Positions 13,489 through 28,499 of a stretch of 64,000 nucleotides of DNA are shown in pieces. Source of the DNA: Eledone cirrhosa. Taxonomy: Eukaryota. The stretch's first letter is position 1, and the number at the start of each line of letters is the position of its first letter. Under the pieces are notes generated by a model. That model searched no databases. It was not told the DNA's origin and saw only the letters and a program-made list of their open reading frames with translations. Position numbers and translations under genes: made by a program. The DNA lies in the NCBI GenBank assembly GCA_964016885.1, contig OZ024740.1, forward strand, positions 180,482,001 to 180,546,000. The letters are read 5' to 3'.

Positions 13489-13641
13489 CATACAAGTACA
13501 CATATATATATGTACGTACCAGTTTAGCGAACGTTTATTATAACGCCCGCTTTGTCCGTTTGTAAACAAGCGAACAGTCTGATTTATGCCATACGGTGTT
13601 AAGGCAACCACGTCACCTTTTTGTTCAACACTGATACAGGA

Positions 13642-13684
13642 ACGATGTACTAGTTTCAAGCTTGTTAGCTATCATCAGCACCGT
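13642..13684 (-). ncRNA. Minimal type I hammerhead, array unit 5
   Basis: Same motif as unit 3. Confidence 0.85.
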
Positions 13685-14104
13685 ATACCCTTCTGCCAGA
13701 TAGTTGAACGTTCGAAAGTATATACTTTCCTTATGAAAATTAACGGCTGAGCAGCCTAATTTGCATATCGAGTGAGTTCAGTCGGCCAGGCGTACCGAAA
13801 ACGATAAGTTGTAATATAATGAAACGAAATTTCATTTCTCACTCTTAGTACGGCACTTACTTAAATGTAAGTATGTATGTATACGTACATACATATATGT
13901 ATACAGACGTACAGTAGCATGCATATATATATATATATACATATACATATACATACAAGTGCACATATATATATGTACGTATCAGTTTAGCGAACGTTTA
14001 TTATAACGCCCGCTTTGTCCGTTTGTAAACAAGCGAACAGCCTGATTTATGCCATACAGTGTTAATGCAACCCCGTCACCTTTTTGTTCATCACTGACTC
14101 AGGA

Positions 14105-14147
14105 ACGATGTACTAGTTTCAAGCTTGTTAGCTATCATCAGCACCGT
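14105..14147 (-). ncRNA. Minimal type I hammerhead, array unit 6
   Basis: Same motif as unit 3. Confidence 0.85.
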
Positions 14148-14385
14148 ATACCCTTCTGCCAGATAATTGAACGTTCGAAAGTATATAGTTTCCTTATGAA
14201 AATTAACGGCTGAGCAGCCTAATTTGCATATCGAGTGAGTTCAGTCGGCCAGGCGTACCGAAAACGATAAGTTGTAATATAATGAAACGAAATTTCATTT
14301 CTCACTCTTAGTACGGCACTTACTTAAATGTAAGTATGTTTGTATACGTACATACATATATGTATACAGACGTACAGTAGCATGC

Positions 14386-14424
<39 letters not shown>

Positions 14425-14430
14425 AATATA

Positions 14431-14812
<382 letters not shown>

Positions 14813-14907
14813 GAAGGTGAGTAATATTGTAGAACAATAGAACTATGGATATATCAGATAAGTAGCACTCAAGAGTTGGTAGAACTCGAGTCTATATTAA
14901 AGAAGAA

Positions 14908-15943
14908 TGTATATAAATAAAACAGAGGATGTCTGCTGTGTAAGTCCCTAAAACTCGAGAAGTACCAGACCGATCTTCTGAAAACTTTACACATGCGTTA
15001 TTTGAAGTGCACTCAGCTGACAGAAATCTAATTTACCAGCCCTAGAGCCCGCATTAGGCGAAACACCGCATTTTTTAGTCATTTATTAGGCCTATTTGAG
15101 GCGTAACTTAAAGATAATCCAGCCGATTTCTTCGAAATTTGCAGCACACATTTGTTAGTTCCCTCGATTCCATTAATGGTTTATAGGAAATTTATGAATT
15201 TGCATTGGCCATTACATGCCATTTTCATTTTCAATATAAACGTCACTTAAACATATTAAGTAGCGTACGATATTTCGTTAAAAATGTGGTTTATTTAACA
15301 GAGGACACAGCACTTACTTACTTTGAAGCAGGGCCCTTTTCGGGAGACTGAAGAAATGAGGAGGAACTTAAAATTGTGTCGGCGCCCTGTTGACGCTTCG
15401 TGCTTTCATCACGCGCAAATGAGGGCCCTGTGTACGTTGCCGTGTTACGTTCAACTCACGACTGTACTACTTCTACTAAGACCCCTTTTCTTGCAACTAT
15501 GTTGTACTGTGTACATTGCCGTTTTACATAAAACTCACGTCTGTGCTACTTCTAATGAGGCCCCTTTTGTTGCACCTACACCACAGTATAAATGCCCTGG
15601 GTAAGTACGCCGTACAGCGGTTGTGCTAATTCCGCGGTGACCCCTTTTTATCGCACCTTTGTTGCTGTGTAAACGCAGTGCAACCAGTGCTGTCCAGTGT
15701 TTCTGCTAATTGCACTATGGACCCCTCCTGCTGCAGCTGCTTTGCCACGCTGATTTCGTCATCTGAATATCCCTGCTTAAACGTACCTCCAACTTGGTTT
15801 TCACACAATTGACTACGTCGCTCCTAGATCATTCCCTGAGAATAAGTGAATTCAAAAGGTACAGAGCTATATTCCTCAATTTTTGCATATGCGTGTTGCT
15901 ATTTGACGTTTCCTACCCCGTGCAACTGCGGGTCCACCTGCTA

Positions 15944-15944
<1 letters not shown>
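14908..15944 (+). mobile_element. Non-autonomous Helitron (5' end approximate)
   Basis: 3' hairpin CCCGTGCAACTGCGGG followed by CTAG|T; AT-rich 5' end resembling the other Helitrons. Confidence 0.7.
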
Positions 15945-15994
<50 letters not shown>

Positions 15995-16138
15995 CATTAT
16001 ATAACACATTGCAAAACACATATATCTATGACTTTATATATATATATATGGGTCATGATTGGATATCTTGCCTCTGCATATTACACACTTCAATTTCAGG
16101 GACATATAGCCTACCAACTAACATTAATTAATTTATAT

Positions 16139-16525
16139 GGCCAGTGGATTGGCAGTATCGGTAGAGGGTCGGACGCCATGCTTTGACGCATAGAGTTACG
16201 GCCCTTGCCATTCTGAGTTCAAATCCCGCCGAGGTTAACTTTGCCTTTCATCCTTATGGGGTCGATAAAATAAAGTACCAGTAATACACTGGGTAATTGC
16301 TGGCCTTGTGCCAAAAGTAGAAACAATTAATTCATTTATATTGGCAGTCTCGGTAGAAGGACGGACGCCATGCTTTTAAGAGTTACGACTCTTGCCATTA
16401 TGTGTTCAAATCCCGCCGAGTTTAACTTTGCCTTTCACTCTTACGGGGTCGATAAAATAAAGTACCAGTAATGCACTGGGTAATTGCTGGCCTTGTGCCA
16501 AAATCTAGAAACAATTAATTCATTT
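16139..16525 (+). mobile_element. Two tandem SINE copies
   Basis: TTGGCAGTATCGGTAGAG...GTTCAAATCCCGCCGAG...GGGGTCGATAAAATAAAGTACCAG...GAAACAATTA repeated twice. Confidence 0.8.
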
Positions 16526-16779
16526 ATTTCAATAGGTAAACCCTTCCAATCGTGGCCCATATCCATATCTCACTTTATATGCTATTTTGAAGCGAAAGAA
16601 AATTACTGTTACTATTACTATTTCCCTCGGAATTCATTTTTTTTTTTAATTTCTTTTAAAATATTGTTTCTGTTTTGTTTTTTTTCTTCCTGTATTATAT
16701 GAAATCTATCGTCTCAATGTAGTGCATCAGAAATGTTGTATTTTTTATATTTTTATAATGAAGTAATATGAATTGAAAA

Positions 16780-16970
16780 TATAATTGTTTCTACTTTTGG
16801 CACAAGGCCAGCAATTACTCAGTACATTAGTGATACTTTATTTTATCGACCCCGTAAGGATGAAAGTCGAAGTTGATCGCGGCGGGATTTGAACTGAGAA
16901 TGGAAAGGGCCGTAACTCTATGCGTCAAAGCATGACGTCCGACCCTCTACCGATACTGCCAATCCACCGT
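16780..16970 (-). mobile_element. SINE, same family, inverted
   Basis: Reverse complement of the 16139 copy. Confidence 0.8.
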
Positions 16971-17647
16971 CACTTGAATTGAAAATATAATGTTTCTCAT
17001 ATAGTGTGTCACTTCGTATAAGTTATCCCCTGTCTACAATAAACATTATTTTGATATCGCATACCTTTAAAAAAAAACACATTTCATTATATATCGTTAT
17101 AACTCAACAGTTTAATAAAAGGTATTGGAGACCAGATTACCAGGGGAGCAGTAATAGTATTATGATCATTGTAAGAAGGTCGGAAATCTTACAGAAACCT
17201 TAGAAATGTATACGAAATTTAGTCAAATCTAATTGATATATTTCTTTCCAGGATAATAGCATGTGTAGGTTCGTGAGGTGCACCAGATTGGGATATATAC
17301 CGAGAATAGTAGAAGGCCAGAGACATTAAAATCATAGTTTTAGTCAATAATGTATGGTGAAGTGTAGAAGTGAGATTTTACATCCATCTGCAATATGATA
17401 TATTATGTGTAGCTGGTATGTTAATGTAGTTCCTAGTAACTACAACTCACAAATATCTAGTTGATCTAAGAGTAAACAAAAAACTGTTATTGAAATTATA
17501 ATTCCATTTCGATAGAAAGTAATCCAGTCGCAAAATTATTTTATCTGGTATCCTAGGCAAATGAAGAACAATAATGAAATGAAAATTGGCCGGTGCTCAA
17601 TGAAGTTTTTTCACTCATTATTACGTATATTTGCAGTAGATTATTAC

Positions 17648-17833
17648 GGTGGATTGGCAGTATCGGTAGAGGGTCGGACGCCATGCTTTCCAGCATAGTT
17701 ACGTCCCTTTACGATCTGAGTTCAAATCCCGCCGAGGTTGACTTTACCTTTCATCCTTACGGGGTCGATAAAATAAAGTACCAGTAATCCACTGGTTAAT
17801 TGCTGGCCTTGTGCCTAAAGTAGAAACAATTAA
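17648..17833 (+). mobile_element. SINE, same family
   Basis: Same head, B box GTTCAAATCC and tail; flanked by a TTACGTATATTTGCA / ATACGTATATTTGCA repeat. Confidence 0.8.
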
Positions 17834-17944
17834 TACGTATATTTGCAAATATTTCCTAGTGCAATTTAATTTTAAGGAGATGTACTGATATCACTCCTTT
17901 GAGTAATTTTATCAAGCATTAAGTTTTGATATGAAAATCACGTA

Positions 17945-18583
17945 TCATAATCTATAAAATTGTTGTTGTTGTGTGTGTGTGTGTTTGTGTGTGTGCGTGT
18001 GTGTGTGTGCATGTTCCATGTTTATAAATTTGCACAATTTCAAACCGATTCGTCTCAAAGTCTGTAAGAATGTTGTAAATAGTCTAACTAATTTCAACGA
18101 CTCTATATTTTTCCCAACTCACCCCCATTTACGGAAATAATCGATAGAACTAAATACATGACGCTTTACCCCTCTAATACAATCTGATTACCTCTCTCTA
18201 CTCCCCTTAAACATCGGAAAAACTGCATACATGCTGCAATTTTCTCTTATATACGCTTAAACCACTTCCTTACAAAGTTCCTTTAGGAACGCGGTAGAAA
18301 GAAGAGAGAAAGAAATGAAGGAGAGAGAGAGAGAAAAAAAAAAGAAGTGAACGAAGTGAGCGAGAGAGTGAGAGACAGCGAGAGAGAGTGAACGTTTGTT
18401 TTTGAGTGTGTTAGGAACGCGACATTTATTTTCTTTAATGACAACGAAGTGAACTTATTACATTTCATACCAAACAACAATTATTCAAAAGCAACAGATC
18501 AAGTTGTTCAACGACAAAAAAAATAACGATCAATATTATTTAAAACATCTCTCAACGAACGTGAGAGAGAGAGGGAGAGGGAG

Positions 18584-18661
<78 letters not shown>

Positions 18662-21600
18662 TTTGTTTTTTAGTGTGGAACGGTCTAACATTTATTTACT
18701 TCAATGACAACGAAGAGTACTTAATACATTCCATACCAAACACAAATTATTCAAAAGCAACAGATACATGTATTCAACAACAACAAACAAATAGCGATAA
18801 TTCTTTTTTAAAGACTTTCACAGTGCGCCTTACGTTCAGCGGAATGCAGAGCTGCTGAAAGTTTCCAACAACGCACCGCACGCCTAGCCAATATGGCTTC
18901 ATACGACGCCTCGAGACGTGCTGCGATGTGCGATTCAGAGAGGGCGATACGTCATTCAAAAAACACTGCTTCTACTGCTGCTTCCAGGGTTTCAGAGGGC
19001 TCGGAACAAAGGTTGACTTGCCTGGCTAGAAATGCTGCTGCTACTGCTGCTACCAGGGCTTCACAGGGCCCGAAAAAATGGTCGACTTGCCTGAATAGAA
19101 ACGCTGCTGCTACTGCTGCTTCCAGGGCTTCAGAAGGCCCGGAAAAAGGGCGACTCGACTGACTAGAAACGCTGTGGCTACTGCTGCTTCCAGGGCTTCG
19201 GAAGGTTTGGTACGGCGGACGACTCGCCTTGCTAGGAACGCTTCGGCTATGACTGCGTCCATGGCTTCTGAAGTTGCAGACGGGCGGTCCATTAGGATTG
19301 CAAGGGTGGATTCTGTTACTGCTGTGAGAGCCTCGCACGTCCCACAGGAGCAACGTTCTACGTTGGAGCGGAACAGTCGACGACAAGAAGCTGCCCGCGG
19401 TGTGACGAGACCCAACATCCCATACTGGCACGTACGGGCTTTCAAGTATGAACCCAACGTTAACTATTCGATGCGTGCTGACATAAATATAGGAGAAATG
19501 CGCTTCAATTGCCAATTCTGCAATGCTAAAAAATGGGCTGGGGAGCCACCTGCAATGTTCTGCTTAAACGGTAAGGTCAGATTGCCCCCTCTTGGGGAAC
19601 CGCCAGAGCCTTTGAAGGAAGTACTTACTGGTTCTACCTCAAGGTCGTCCAAATTCCTTCAAATCATCAGGAAGTACAATTGTGGGTTTCAAATGAATTC
19701 TTTTGGGGCTAACGTTGTCAGAGAAAGTGGTGGAGGCCTACTTTCAAGATCCAGGGGCAAGTGTACCATCTTATTGGGTCGCTCCAGCCATTACAAAATT
19801 GCAAGCCTTCGTTCCTTCAAATTTACTTTATTTCTAACTACAGTAGGCAAGTTGATGCGTGGTTCGGCGTTATTCCACCACCTGCTTACACTGACGCTGA
19901 CACTTTTGACAGGGACCTGCTGCTCGGTCTTCAAAACATGCTTCATGAGCACAACAGTTAAATTCGCAGTTTCAAATACGCCTTGGAAGCAGCCCCTTCC
20001 CCAAACTTCACCATTGTCATCGATGCTGACAAAATACCTTCTGGGGACCACGCACGCCGTTATAACGCTCTTTCGTGCAATGAAGTGGCCGTCGTTCTCC
20101 ATGGTGAACAGCACAATAAGCGAGACATAGTTCTTCAAAGCCGTGACAGTGGTCTTCGATGTATTAATGAGACGCATCGTACATAAAACGCCCTGCAATA
20201 TCCCCTTCTTTTTGTATACGGAGAAGACGGGTACCATTTCGGCATTCCTCAGCGCAAACCAAACGATCCCACAGCTGCGACATCTAAAACTGTTTAATGT
20301 ATGGCTTTATACTCATACCGCTTCATAACGAGGCCTAACGATTTCAGCCCCCTGCACAGGTCACGGGAACTGTGACACCAGTTTGCAGTTGACATGGCTG
20401 CAAAGATGGAGTCGGAGAGACTGTGCTTCATAAAAGCAGCTGTCCTCAGACTCCTACATCCATTTGCGTGACGGCATCAGGAATTACACTGACCCCCGGA
20501 ACATCGGCAAAATGTGCATTCTCCCCTCAACCTATACGGGGGGAGGGGGGGAGTACATGCACGAGCGAACACAGAACGCTATTACGTTCGTTCGGCATTA
20601 TGGGCGCCCCGATTTATTCATCATGTTTACGTGTAACCCCAAGTGGGTTGAGGTTACGCGGGAACTTCTCCTAGGGCAGCAGTACTGCCATCGGCATGAT
20701 ATTATTGCCAGTGTTTTCAGGCAGAGGCTGGCTAAGCTATTTGATCTATTCAAAAAAGGTCAGGTTTTCGGGCCTGTTAAGTGCCATATGTATACTGTTG
20801 AGTGGCAGAAGAGAGGGTTGCCACACGCGCACATTTGGGTTTTGTTGGTCACCAAAGTAGACCCCACAGTTCTAGATGACGTCATCGCAGCGGAAATACC
20901 GGACCCCGTTGTTGACCGGCAGCAGTACGACAATGTGAAGGCACACATGGTGCGCGGTCCGTGCGGTCCCGGTTTTCAAGTGTTCTCATGCCACAAATAC
21001 CATGTGTGCACTAAACGATACCCAAAGAGGTTCGTTGAGGAGACCCCGACCGGCGGCGACGGATACCCACTGTACAGACGAATGCGGCCTGAGAATGGTG
21101 GATTCACTATGATGTTACTGGGTCATCAAGTTGATAATAGGTGGGTGGTCCCGTACTGTTCATTTCTGATGAAAACCTTCAACACTCATATAATTGTGGA
21201 GTTCTGTCATTCAGTGAAGTCAATAAAGTACATATGTACGGCCTTCAAAACGACAATAGCAGGGAAGAGGTGTCGGAGTACTTGGCAGGTCGATATATGA
21301 TCAGTGGTGAAGATTTTTGGCGGATATTCGGGTTTCCGCTTCACCAAAGGCACCCCGCCATCATACAACTAGCGGTTCATTTGGAAAACGGCCAGTGGGC
21401 TTACTTTACTGAACAGACTACTGCTCAATTGGCGGCCAATCCAAAAGAAACAACTTTGACTGTTTTTTTTAGGCTTTGCCAACTTGACACATTTGCCAAA
21501 ACTTTTTTATATCCTCAGGTCCCGTCCTACTACGTGTGGTCAAACAACACTTAGGTGCGTAGGAAGTCAGGTCAGGATGTTGAAGGACATCCTGGTGTCA

Positions 21601-24296
21601 AGTTTGTTGAAGGACATCCTGGTTGTCTAGGAAGAGTGTTCACTATAACTCCCAACCAGAATGAGTGTTTTCACCTGCGCCTTCTCCTCCGTGAGGTTTT
21701 TGGCCCACAAAGCTTTCGAGACATAAGAACTGTTGACGGTGAATAATGTGATACTTTCCGGGAAACCTGCTTTAGACGTGGCCTTTTGGAGGATGATTCA
21801 CAATGGGGCGCCACTATGGAAGAGGGCGTTGTGTTGAAATCTCCTAAAAGACTAAGATCGCTTTTCGCTATTCTACTCCTATGGTGCGACTTGGCTGATC
21901 CTGCCTCTTTATGGCTTAGCTAAAAAGATTACATGTCTGAAGATTTCCTGCATCAGGCTCAGTTGCTAAACCCATCGATGGAGATGGGTACAGTGACCTC
22001 ATTTACAACAGGGCGCTGCTTGAAATCGAAGATACTGTTCTCGATATGGCGGTAGTGCGTTGGCGGTGTATGGCCTACCTTCAACAAACCGGGAAGGCGC
22101 AAACACTCTGTCTTCGGATTTGCTGCGCGAGACATCTTATAATGTTGACGAGCGTGCCCAGTACATAGCGGAGAATGAGCCAAAGCTCCTTCCAGAACAT
22201 AAACTCGCTTACAATTCCGTTGTTAATTCTGTCCGGAGCAAAGCTAGGGGGATTTTTTTCCTTGACGCTCCTGGGGGGACTGGGAAAACTTTTGTCACCA
22301 AATTAATATTAGCTGAGATTAGGCGAACAGAAGACATTGCCTTAGCTGTGGCATCATCTGGAATTGCGGCTAATTTGTTGCCGGGCGGCAGGACAGCTCA
22401 CTCTTCTTTCAAGCTCCCGCTTGACTTAGCGAAGACTGAGACACCCACTTGCAACACCAGTAAGAGCTCCGATCAGGCAGAAGTGTTCAGACGATGCAAG
22501 CTTATCGCTTGAGACGAATGCCCGATGGCCCACAGAGGTGCTCTTGAGGCGCTAGATAGAACTCTGAGAGACATCAAAAACTCTACGGCTCTCATGGGAG
22601 GCATAACACTTCTTCTTTCAGGGGACTTCAGGCAAACGCTTCCCGTTATTCCCAAGGGGACTAGAGCTGATGCAGCACGTGCATGTCTTAAGTCATCCAC
22701 ATTGTGGCCCCTGGTGAAGACTCTGAAACTTAACACTAACATGCATGCTCATATGCGATGTGGTATCGCATCAGCAGCATTTTCTCACACCCTCCTTGCA
22801 TTTGGCGAAGGCAAAACGCCCGGGGATGAAAAGGGTAATATTACCATCGAATCACTTTGTACAATTGTTAGTACGCCTTCTGATCTCAGGGATGCAGTGT
22901 TCCTAGATCTCCAATCAAATTATCAGAATAAGGATTGGCTTGGCCAAAGGGATATTCTGGCGGCGAGGAATAATACTGTTAACCATATTAATGATCAAAT
23001 GCTAAAACTCATTCCTGGGGATAGCTACGTATATACGTCTATCGATAGAACTCCTGACCCGAGGACGTCATCAACTATCCAATAGAGGTACTAAATTCGT
23101 TTGGTTCCCCCGTATTACCCCCCCCCCCCCCACACACACACATTTTGAAACTTAAAGTTGGTGCCCCTATAATGCTCATTCAAAATTTGGTTCCGCCGAA
23201 ACAATGCAATGGAACACGTTTGGTCGTTATGTCCTTAGCTCCCAATCTGATTGAGGCCACGATAATCACAAGGTGCGGTCGGGGCAAGGTTGTGCTCATA
23301 CCGAAGATGCATCTTTTCCCATCAGGAGCACACATACCTTTCACATTTCGGAGGTCCCATTCCCGGTCAGGTCATGCTTTGCAATGTCAATTAACAAAGC
23401 GCAGGGGAAAACACTGTCTGTCGCGGGAATACATTTGGGGGAGCCGTATTTCTCTCATGGTCAGCTTTACGTTGACTGCTCCCGTGTCGGCAGCAAGAGT
23501 GATGCTTTCGCGTTCGTTCCGCAAGGAAAAACAAAAAACATTGTCTACAAGGAGGTTTTATAGGATTACATCGCTTCTTAATTTTATAAATTTTCTATCT
23601 TTTTATTTTTTGCCTTTTCGTGAGTACTTTCTAAGTAGGTTAACCTTCACTGCAGTGCACTGGATACTCCCCAACATCTCGCGGCGTTTCAAAGCTTCAT
23701 TACAACTCCGACCCTAATCAAATATCAGCTATTGCTCCTCACTAACCCCCGTTTGGTGGGCCTCAGAGGACCGTGGACAGGTTAGTATTTTACCTCCGTA
23801 CGATTCTCAAAGGTTGAACAATGCTTTGATGACGGGATTTACATTTTTAGGTGGTTCCCTGCAATTACTTCCCACTTCACCAACACCATCTTCTACGTCT
23901 GACGTACATTATGCACCAACCATACAATGACCCCTCTTCCTCTTTTTTGGTTCTCATAATTCGACAATGTTTTCAGGCCCCTGTTTGCGGTTCCCTCATC
24001 CCCCCCCCCCCTCCCCCGTTAAAACATGTCATGCAGAACAACTCCATCGCAGCTCTGTTGTTCGGCTGGCATCGTCTACGCCCGTGTTACGCAAGTACTG
24101 TGAAACAATAAATTTCAACACTTCTTTGCACAGAGATAATATCAATAGGCGAAACTATAATTGTCACTGCTGGCGCAGCTCCTGCTTCGGCAGTCCAGGT
24201 CTGCAATTCTTTCACCCTGTGCCTGGCATAAAATGGGTGGTGCAACCTAACTTTGGTAACTTACTGACCCCGAGCAACGCCGGGCTTTAAAACTAG
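17945..24296 (+). mobile_element. Formerly autonomous Helitron, ~6.35 kb
   Basis: A|TC start (17945 or 17951), hairpin CCCGAGCAACGCCGGG, CTAG|T end at 24296; internal Rep-Hel reading frames. Confidence 0.93.
18893..23563 (+). pseudogene. Helitron Rep/PIF1 helicase, disrupted by many stops and frameshifts
   Basis: Zn motif CQFCNAKKW...FCLNG; Rep motifs FIMFTCNPKW, VEWQKRGLPHAH, KSIKYIC; helicase motifs LDAPGGTGKT, GDFRQTLPV, CNGTRL, AMSINKAQG, SHGQLYV. Confidence 0.93.
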
Positions 24297-24497
24297 TATA
24301 ATATAAAACTTCTATACATATTTATTGAAGTTGTAAAATAGTAGTTCACTGGACTACACGTTATGTAGTATTTTGTATTTTGATGTACGTATTACCTTCC
24401 GTTACTTTTCATTTCTCTGTATTTCATGAAATACTGTACATGTTCAGGATTTTTTTTTGTTATACAAATGACTTATGGTATATATATATATATATAT

Positions 24498-24713
24498 TTC
24501 TAACGATCGACTTTCGTCAAATCGGACCGAGGAAACAGTGTTTCCATTGGTCTTTCCAATTGCTAATACTATCTATCGGTCGCAACTCCTGGTAGAAGGA
24601 GCAACGTGAAATAAAGTGTCTTGCTTAAGGACATAACGCATCGGCCGGTCCAGGAATCGAACTCACAACTTCACGATTGCGAATCCAGTTCTCTAACCAC
24701 TCAGCCACACGCC

Positions 24714-24717
<4 letters not shown>
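24498..24717 (-). mobile_element. tRNA-derived SINE with an alternative 3' tail
   Basis: Minus strand GGCGTGTGGCTGAGTGGTTAGAG...GAGTTCGATTCC...GCAAGACACTTTATTTCACGTTGCTCC plus a tail shared with the 28.5 kb copy. Confidence 0.8.
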
Positions 24718-24754
<37 letters not shown>

Positions 24755-24760
<6 letters not shown>

Positions 24761-25672
24761 ATGCTTTTTTTTTTGGGGGGGGGGGTCATGTTGCCAGTAA
24801 ATAACACACACACCAGTTGCTTTCACTCGAATTTATTATAAATTTCCGGTTGGTTGGTTGGTTCCATAACCAGACGGTTGTTGATATATTGTCAAAGTTA
24901 TTTCGTCACACATTTTGTGACCTCTTCAGTAACGGGGATTATTTTCGTTGTTTTTGTGCCTTTCCTTTGTGCTGTCCTACGCCATCTTGTTTTTGTGTGT
25001 GTTGCCTGCTTAGTTTGCGCATGTGTTATATCCGGGTGTCTGTGTGTGTTTATATTTGTTTATTTATCTGTTTATTTACATGTTACTGGTTGGTTGTTTG
25101 TTCTATGTGTGTGTCTGTTTTCATTTTGTCCTTAATTGTAAGTTGTGATGTTGCTATTCCATTCATGTTTTCTATTTAATTTAAATAGAAAACATGAATG
25201 GAATACCAACATCACAACTTACAATTAAGGACAAAATGAAAACACACACACAAACAAACAACCAACCTGTAACATGTAAATAAACAAATAAATAAACAAA
25301 TATAAAAACACACAGACACCCGGATGTAACACATGCGCAAACTAAGCACGCAACACACACAAAAACAAGATGGCGTAGGACAGATCAAAGAGAGGCACAA
25401 AAACAAAGAAAAAAATCCCCAGTCACTGAAGAGGTCACAAAATGTGTGACGAAAGACTTTGACATATATGAACAACCGTTCGGTTATGGAACCAACCAAC
25501 CAACCGGAAATTTATAAATTCTTAAATTTATAAATTTAATTTATAATAAATTGGAGTGAAAACGTTTGGTGCGTGTGTTTCTTATTGGCAACATGACCCT
25601 CCCAAAGCATAACAATATCGGTTTCAACACACGTTTTCAGTTAAAGAATCTTGCTAAACAAATTCAGAAACG

Positions 25673-25675
<3 letters not shown>
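24755..25675. mobile_element. Head-to-head inverted PLE 3' ends (same family as the 45-49 kb element)
   Basis: Palindrome centred near 25180; the right arm matches 48430-48962 including the last codons LNRKHEWNTNITTYN; HHR motifs at ~24891-24933 (-) and 25422-25463 (+). Confidence 0.9.
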
Positions 25676-25710
<35 letters not shown>

Positions 25711-28499
25711 GAAGATTTTCTGACATACGTATGTTAACGGCTGAATTTCGTAGACGCTTTCGTATTTAATTTAATCTCATATATGGTTTAAATATCGTTC
25801 AAGTAGCCAGATATGTGTACAGTATTAAAACACTACAAATGTAACAGCTAGTTTTCGCTAGACTTACTCATGCTATGAATATTGACGCGAACTGCACTTG
25901 TCGTTTCTCCTATTCAATATATTGTACTACTTGTGCTAGTTATCAGACTGAATACTACAATGCTGATGATAAATATTGTTTATAAATATCCAAATAATAT
26001 ATTGCATAGGTTCAGAACTAGAGATGTTTTAGACAAATATATTTTCACTTGTAAGTGATGCTATTAACTATTTAAATCAATGTTTCAGGTCAGTATACAC
26101 TCTTATCACTTTATCACTATTTCTTGTAAATGGAAATCTTTCAAACCATTGATGTGTCAGGTTCAAAATTCAACAAATGTCAAATAATTTAACAAACCTC
26201 TTTTCACTCCCAGGCTATATTCCATTAACAATGCCAAGAATGTAATTCACTAAAATTTCAACTCGACATTTATCCTCACTATCAAAACAAACTTCTGAAT
26301 GTGTTGATAATAAATTCTGCCATCACTTTTTGACCTATTTCTCACATGAGAAAACAACACATTAAATACATTATATATCCCAAGTTTGGCAAATCCTCGG
26401 TTTAAAGATAACAACAATATTTGCTTTCTGCATCAGCAAGTTTTACAGTAAATTTTATTTCACTTATACCATATGGGTATCAAATTTGTTTAGCTATTAT
26501 CTAGTTGGCTGGATTAAGGTAAACTGATGGTTAGGCATTCTATAGCGGTGAAGAAGATATTAACTGAACAAAACTGTTGTTTCTATTTTTGTATAAAGCT
26601 ATGTTATGTATAGATATACACATCCGTTTACTTAATCTAGATTTATTACTACCAAATAATATTGAAATTTCGATTGAGTGTTTGTACTATCTCTTACTAC
26701 ATTCAATTTATATATCTTAGTTTATCAAACAATGTTTTTATTATGCACCTGCATGCATACGACGTACAAAAACACTCACATTGTTATATTACTTTCTTTT
26801 AGAGCAGTAAATGTACATCTAAAATTGTTTTGTGTTGTATAGTAACAAGGTTTGCAACTAAATATATGTTAGGACTGACCAAAGAGGATAATTTTGATTT
26901 TCAAATTGACCTGATTAATTAGGATATCATATTAGAGGGTATGTATATTGAAACGTAGGCATCTTTCATATGGTAATTATACTTTCTTACTCATACAATG
27001 TGAATATATGAGATAACGTGTACCAATAGTCATGCAGAAATACGGCAATGTGTAAATACATATGTACATGCTCCATAAAAACACGTGTACATACATATTT
27101 GTGTATGTTTCCATGTTGCTGTATGTCTTTCGTATCTTTTTTTAACCAACATTGTTGTAGTAGGTTTCAGTGAATACACTGTTGAGACTAAATTTACAGA
27201 TCCATTTCCAGTTAATATTTCTAATTTGGTGCCCCGTATCTAATAACATAATCTAACGTGAACACCTCTCATTGAATGAAGTATTTACTGCACACTTTGA
27301 ACTTCTCTTTGTTTTTGTCCATGTAAAATTATGACTTTTATGAGCTTTTACATGTCAGATATATTTTAAAAGAAGGAATGTGTTGATGGGGATTATATAC
27401 ACGTTTTATAAAGTTGTTTAAGCGACTCTACCAATCTACATTCTGATGAGGAAAAGTAACGGTGTAACAAAACGTATTGAAAGGCATGTTAAAGGCCGGC
27501 TATGTAAGTATGATTTATTCTAGTCCCAGAAACCGTATATCAACATTTCGAAGTAAGGTTGCCGATGATCAAATGTTTCCATACAACATAAGTTGTTACA
27601 GTAAAAGTCCTATGCTTTCAGCATATTTAATGAAATAATTTACATTGAAATTTATATATCTTTCTTTTATAGATTTTATTCTGTGGATTGCGATGATGAT
27701 GTACAGCCACCTTTAAAGATAGGCTTGTATTTGTTATATCACTCCCAATACCATGATTTGTTTAGTTTATTGATCTCTAGATGTCTATTCGCTAAGTTAT
27801 AGAATTAATCGATACCATTGGGTATATATAAGGAGGAGAGGTAGAGAGAAAGAGAGAAACGAAATTGGAAACTTTTATATATATGTAAACTATGTTCTCT
27901 AATACCCTCTTCTAATTAATATACACAACAATTTTATTATGTACTTTTTTATTAATATTTCCGGCTGAAACCGGTACGATAAATTACTTTTTAAAAATGC
28001 TTTGCTGTTATTCTATGAGAAAATCTCTTATCATCTACAATGATCGAAAATTGATTCCGCAAAGTCTTATGATGAAGGTGGAAAATGTTGTTCCCATTGT
28101 ATTTCGGAAGTTTCGAAGATCACTATGTCCCCAACGCGTTTTAGGTTAATACACACAAATGAACCGATAAGAGATGGCCCACATCTCCTAGCTTACATTT
28201 TGTCATTTTATTTAGATTTATAGCTACTTTAAACTTTGTATTACTTTGCTAGACCAGTATGTAATATGTTCGCCTCTTTTCCATCCTACTACTTTTTTTA
28301 ATTCTATATTATCCTCATATTTATCTATACGCTTTTTAGATATTTCTTGAACGGAAGTTACATTAAAATTATACTTCTCAGCTATTGAAGGTTTGTTTAT
28401 ATAATTTAGACTACATCCATGGCTTCAGGCTTTTAACAATATTTAACAAGGCATGTGTATACATGGAGATATATCTGTAGAGGTTGTATATATATATAA

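Noticed and set aside
27443-27490. CTGATGA core-like heptamer
   Set aside because: No stem II or properly placed GAAA
25700-28400. Possible host exons in unique AT-rich sequence
   Set aside because: No ORF or domain that I can support
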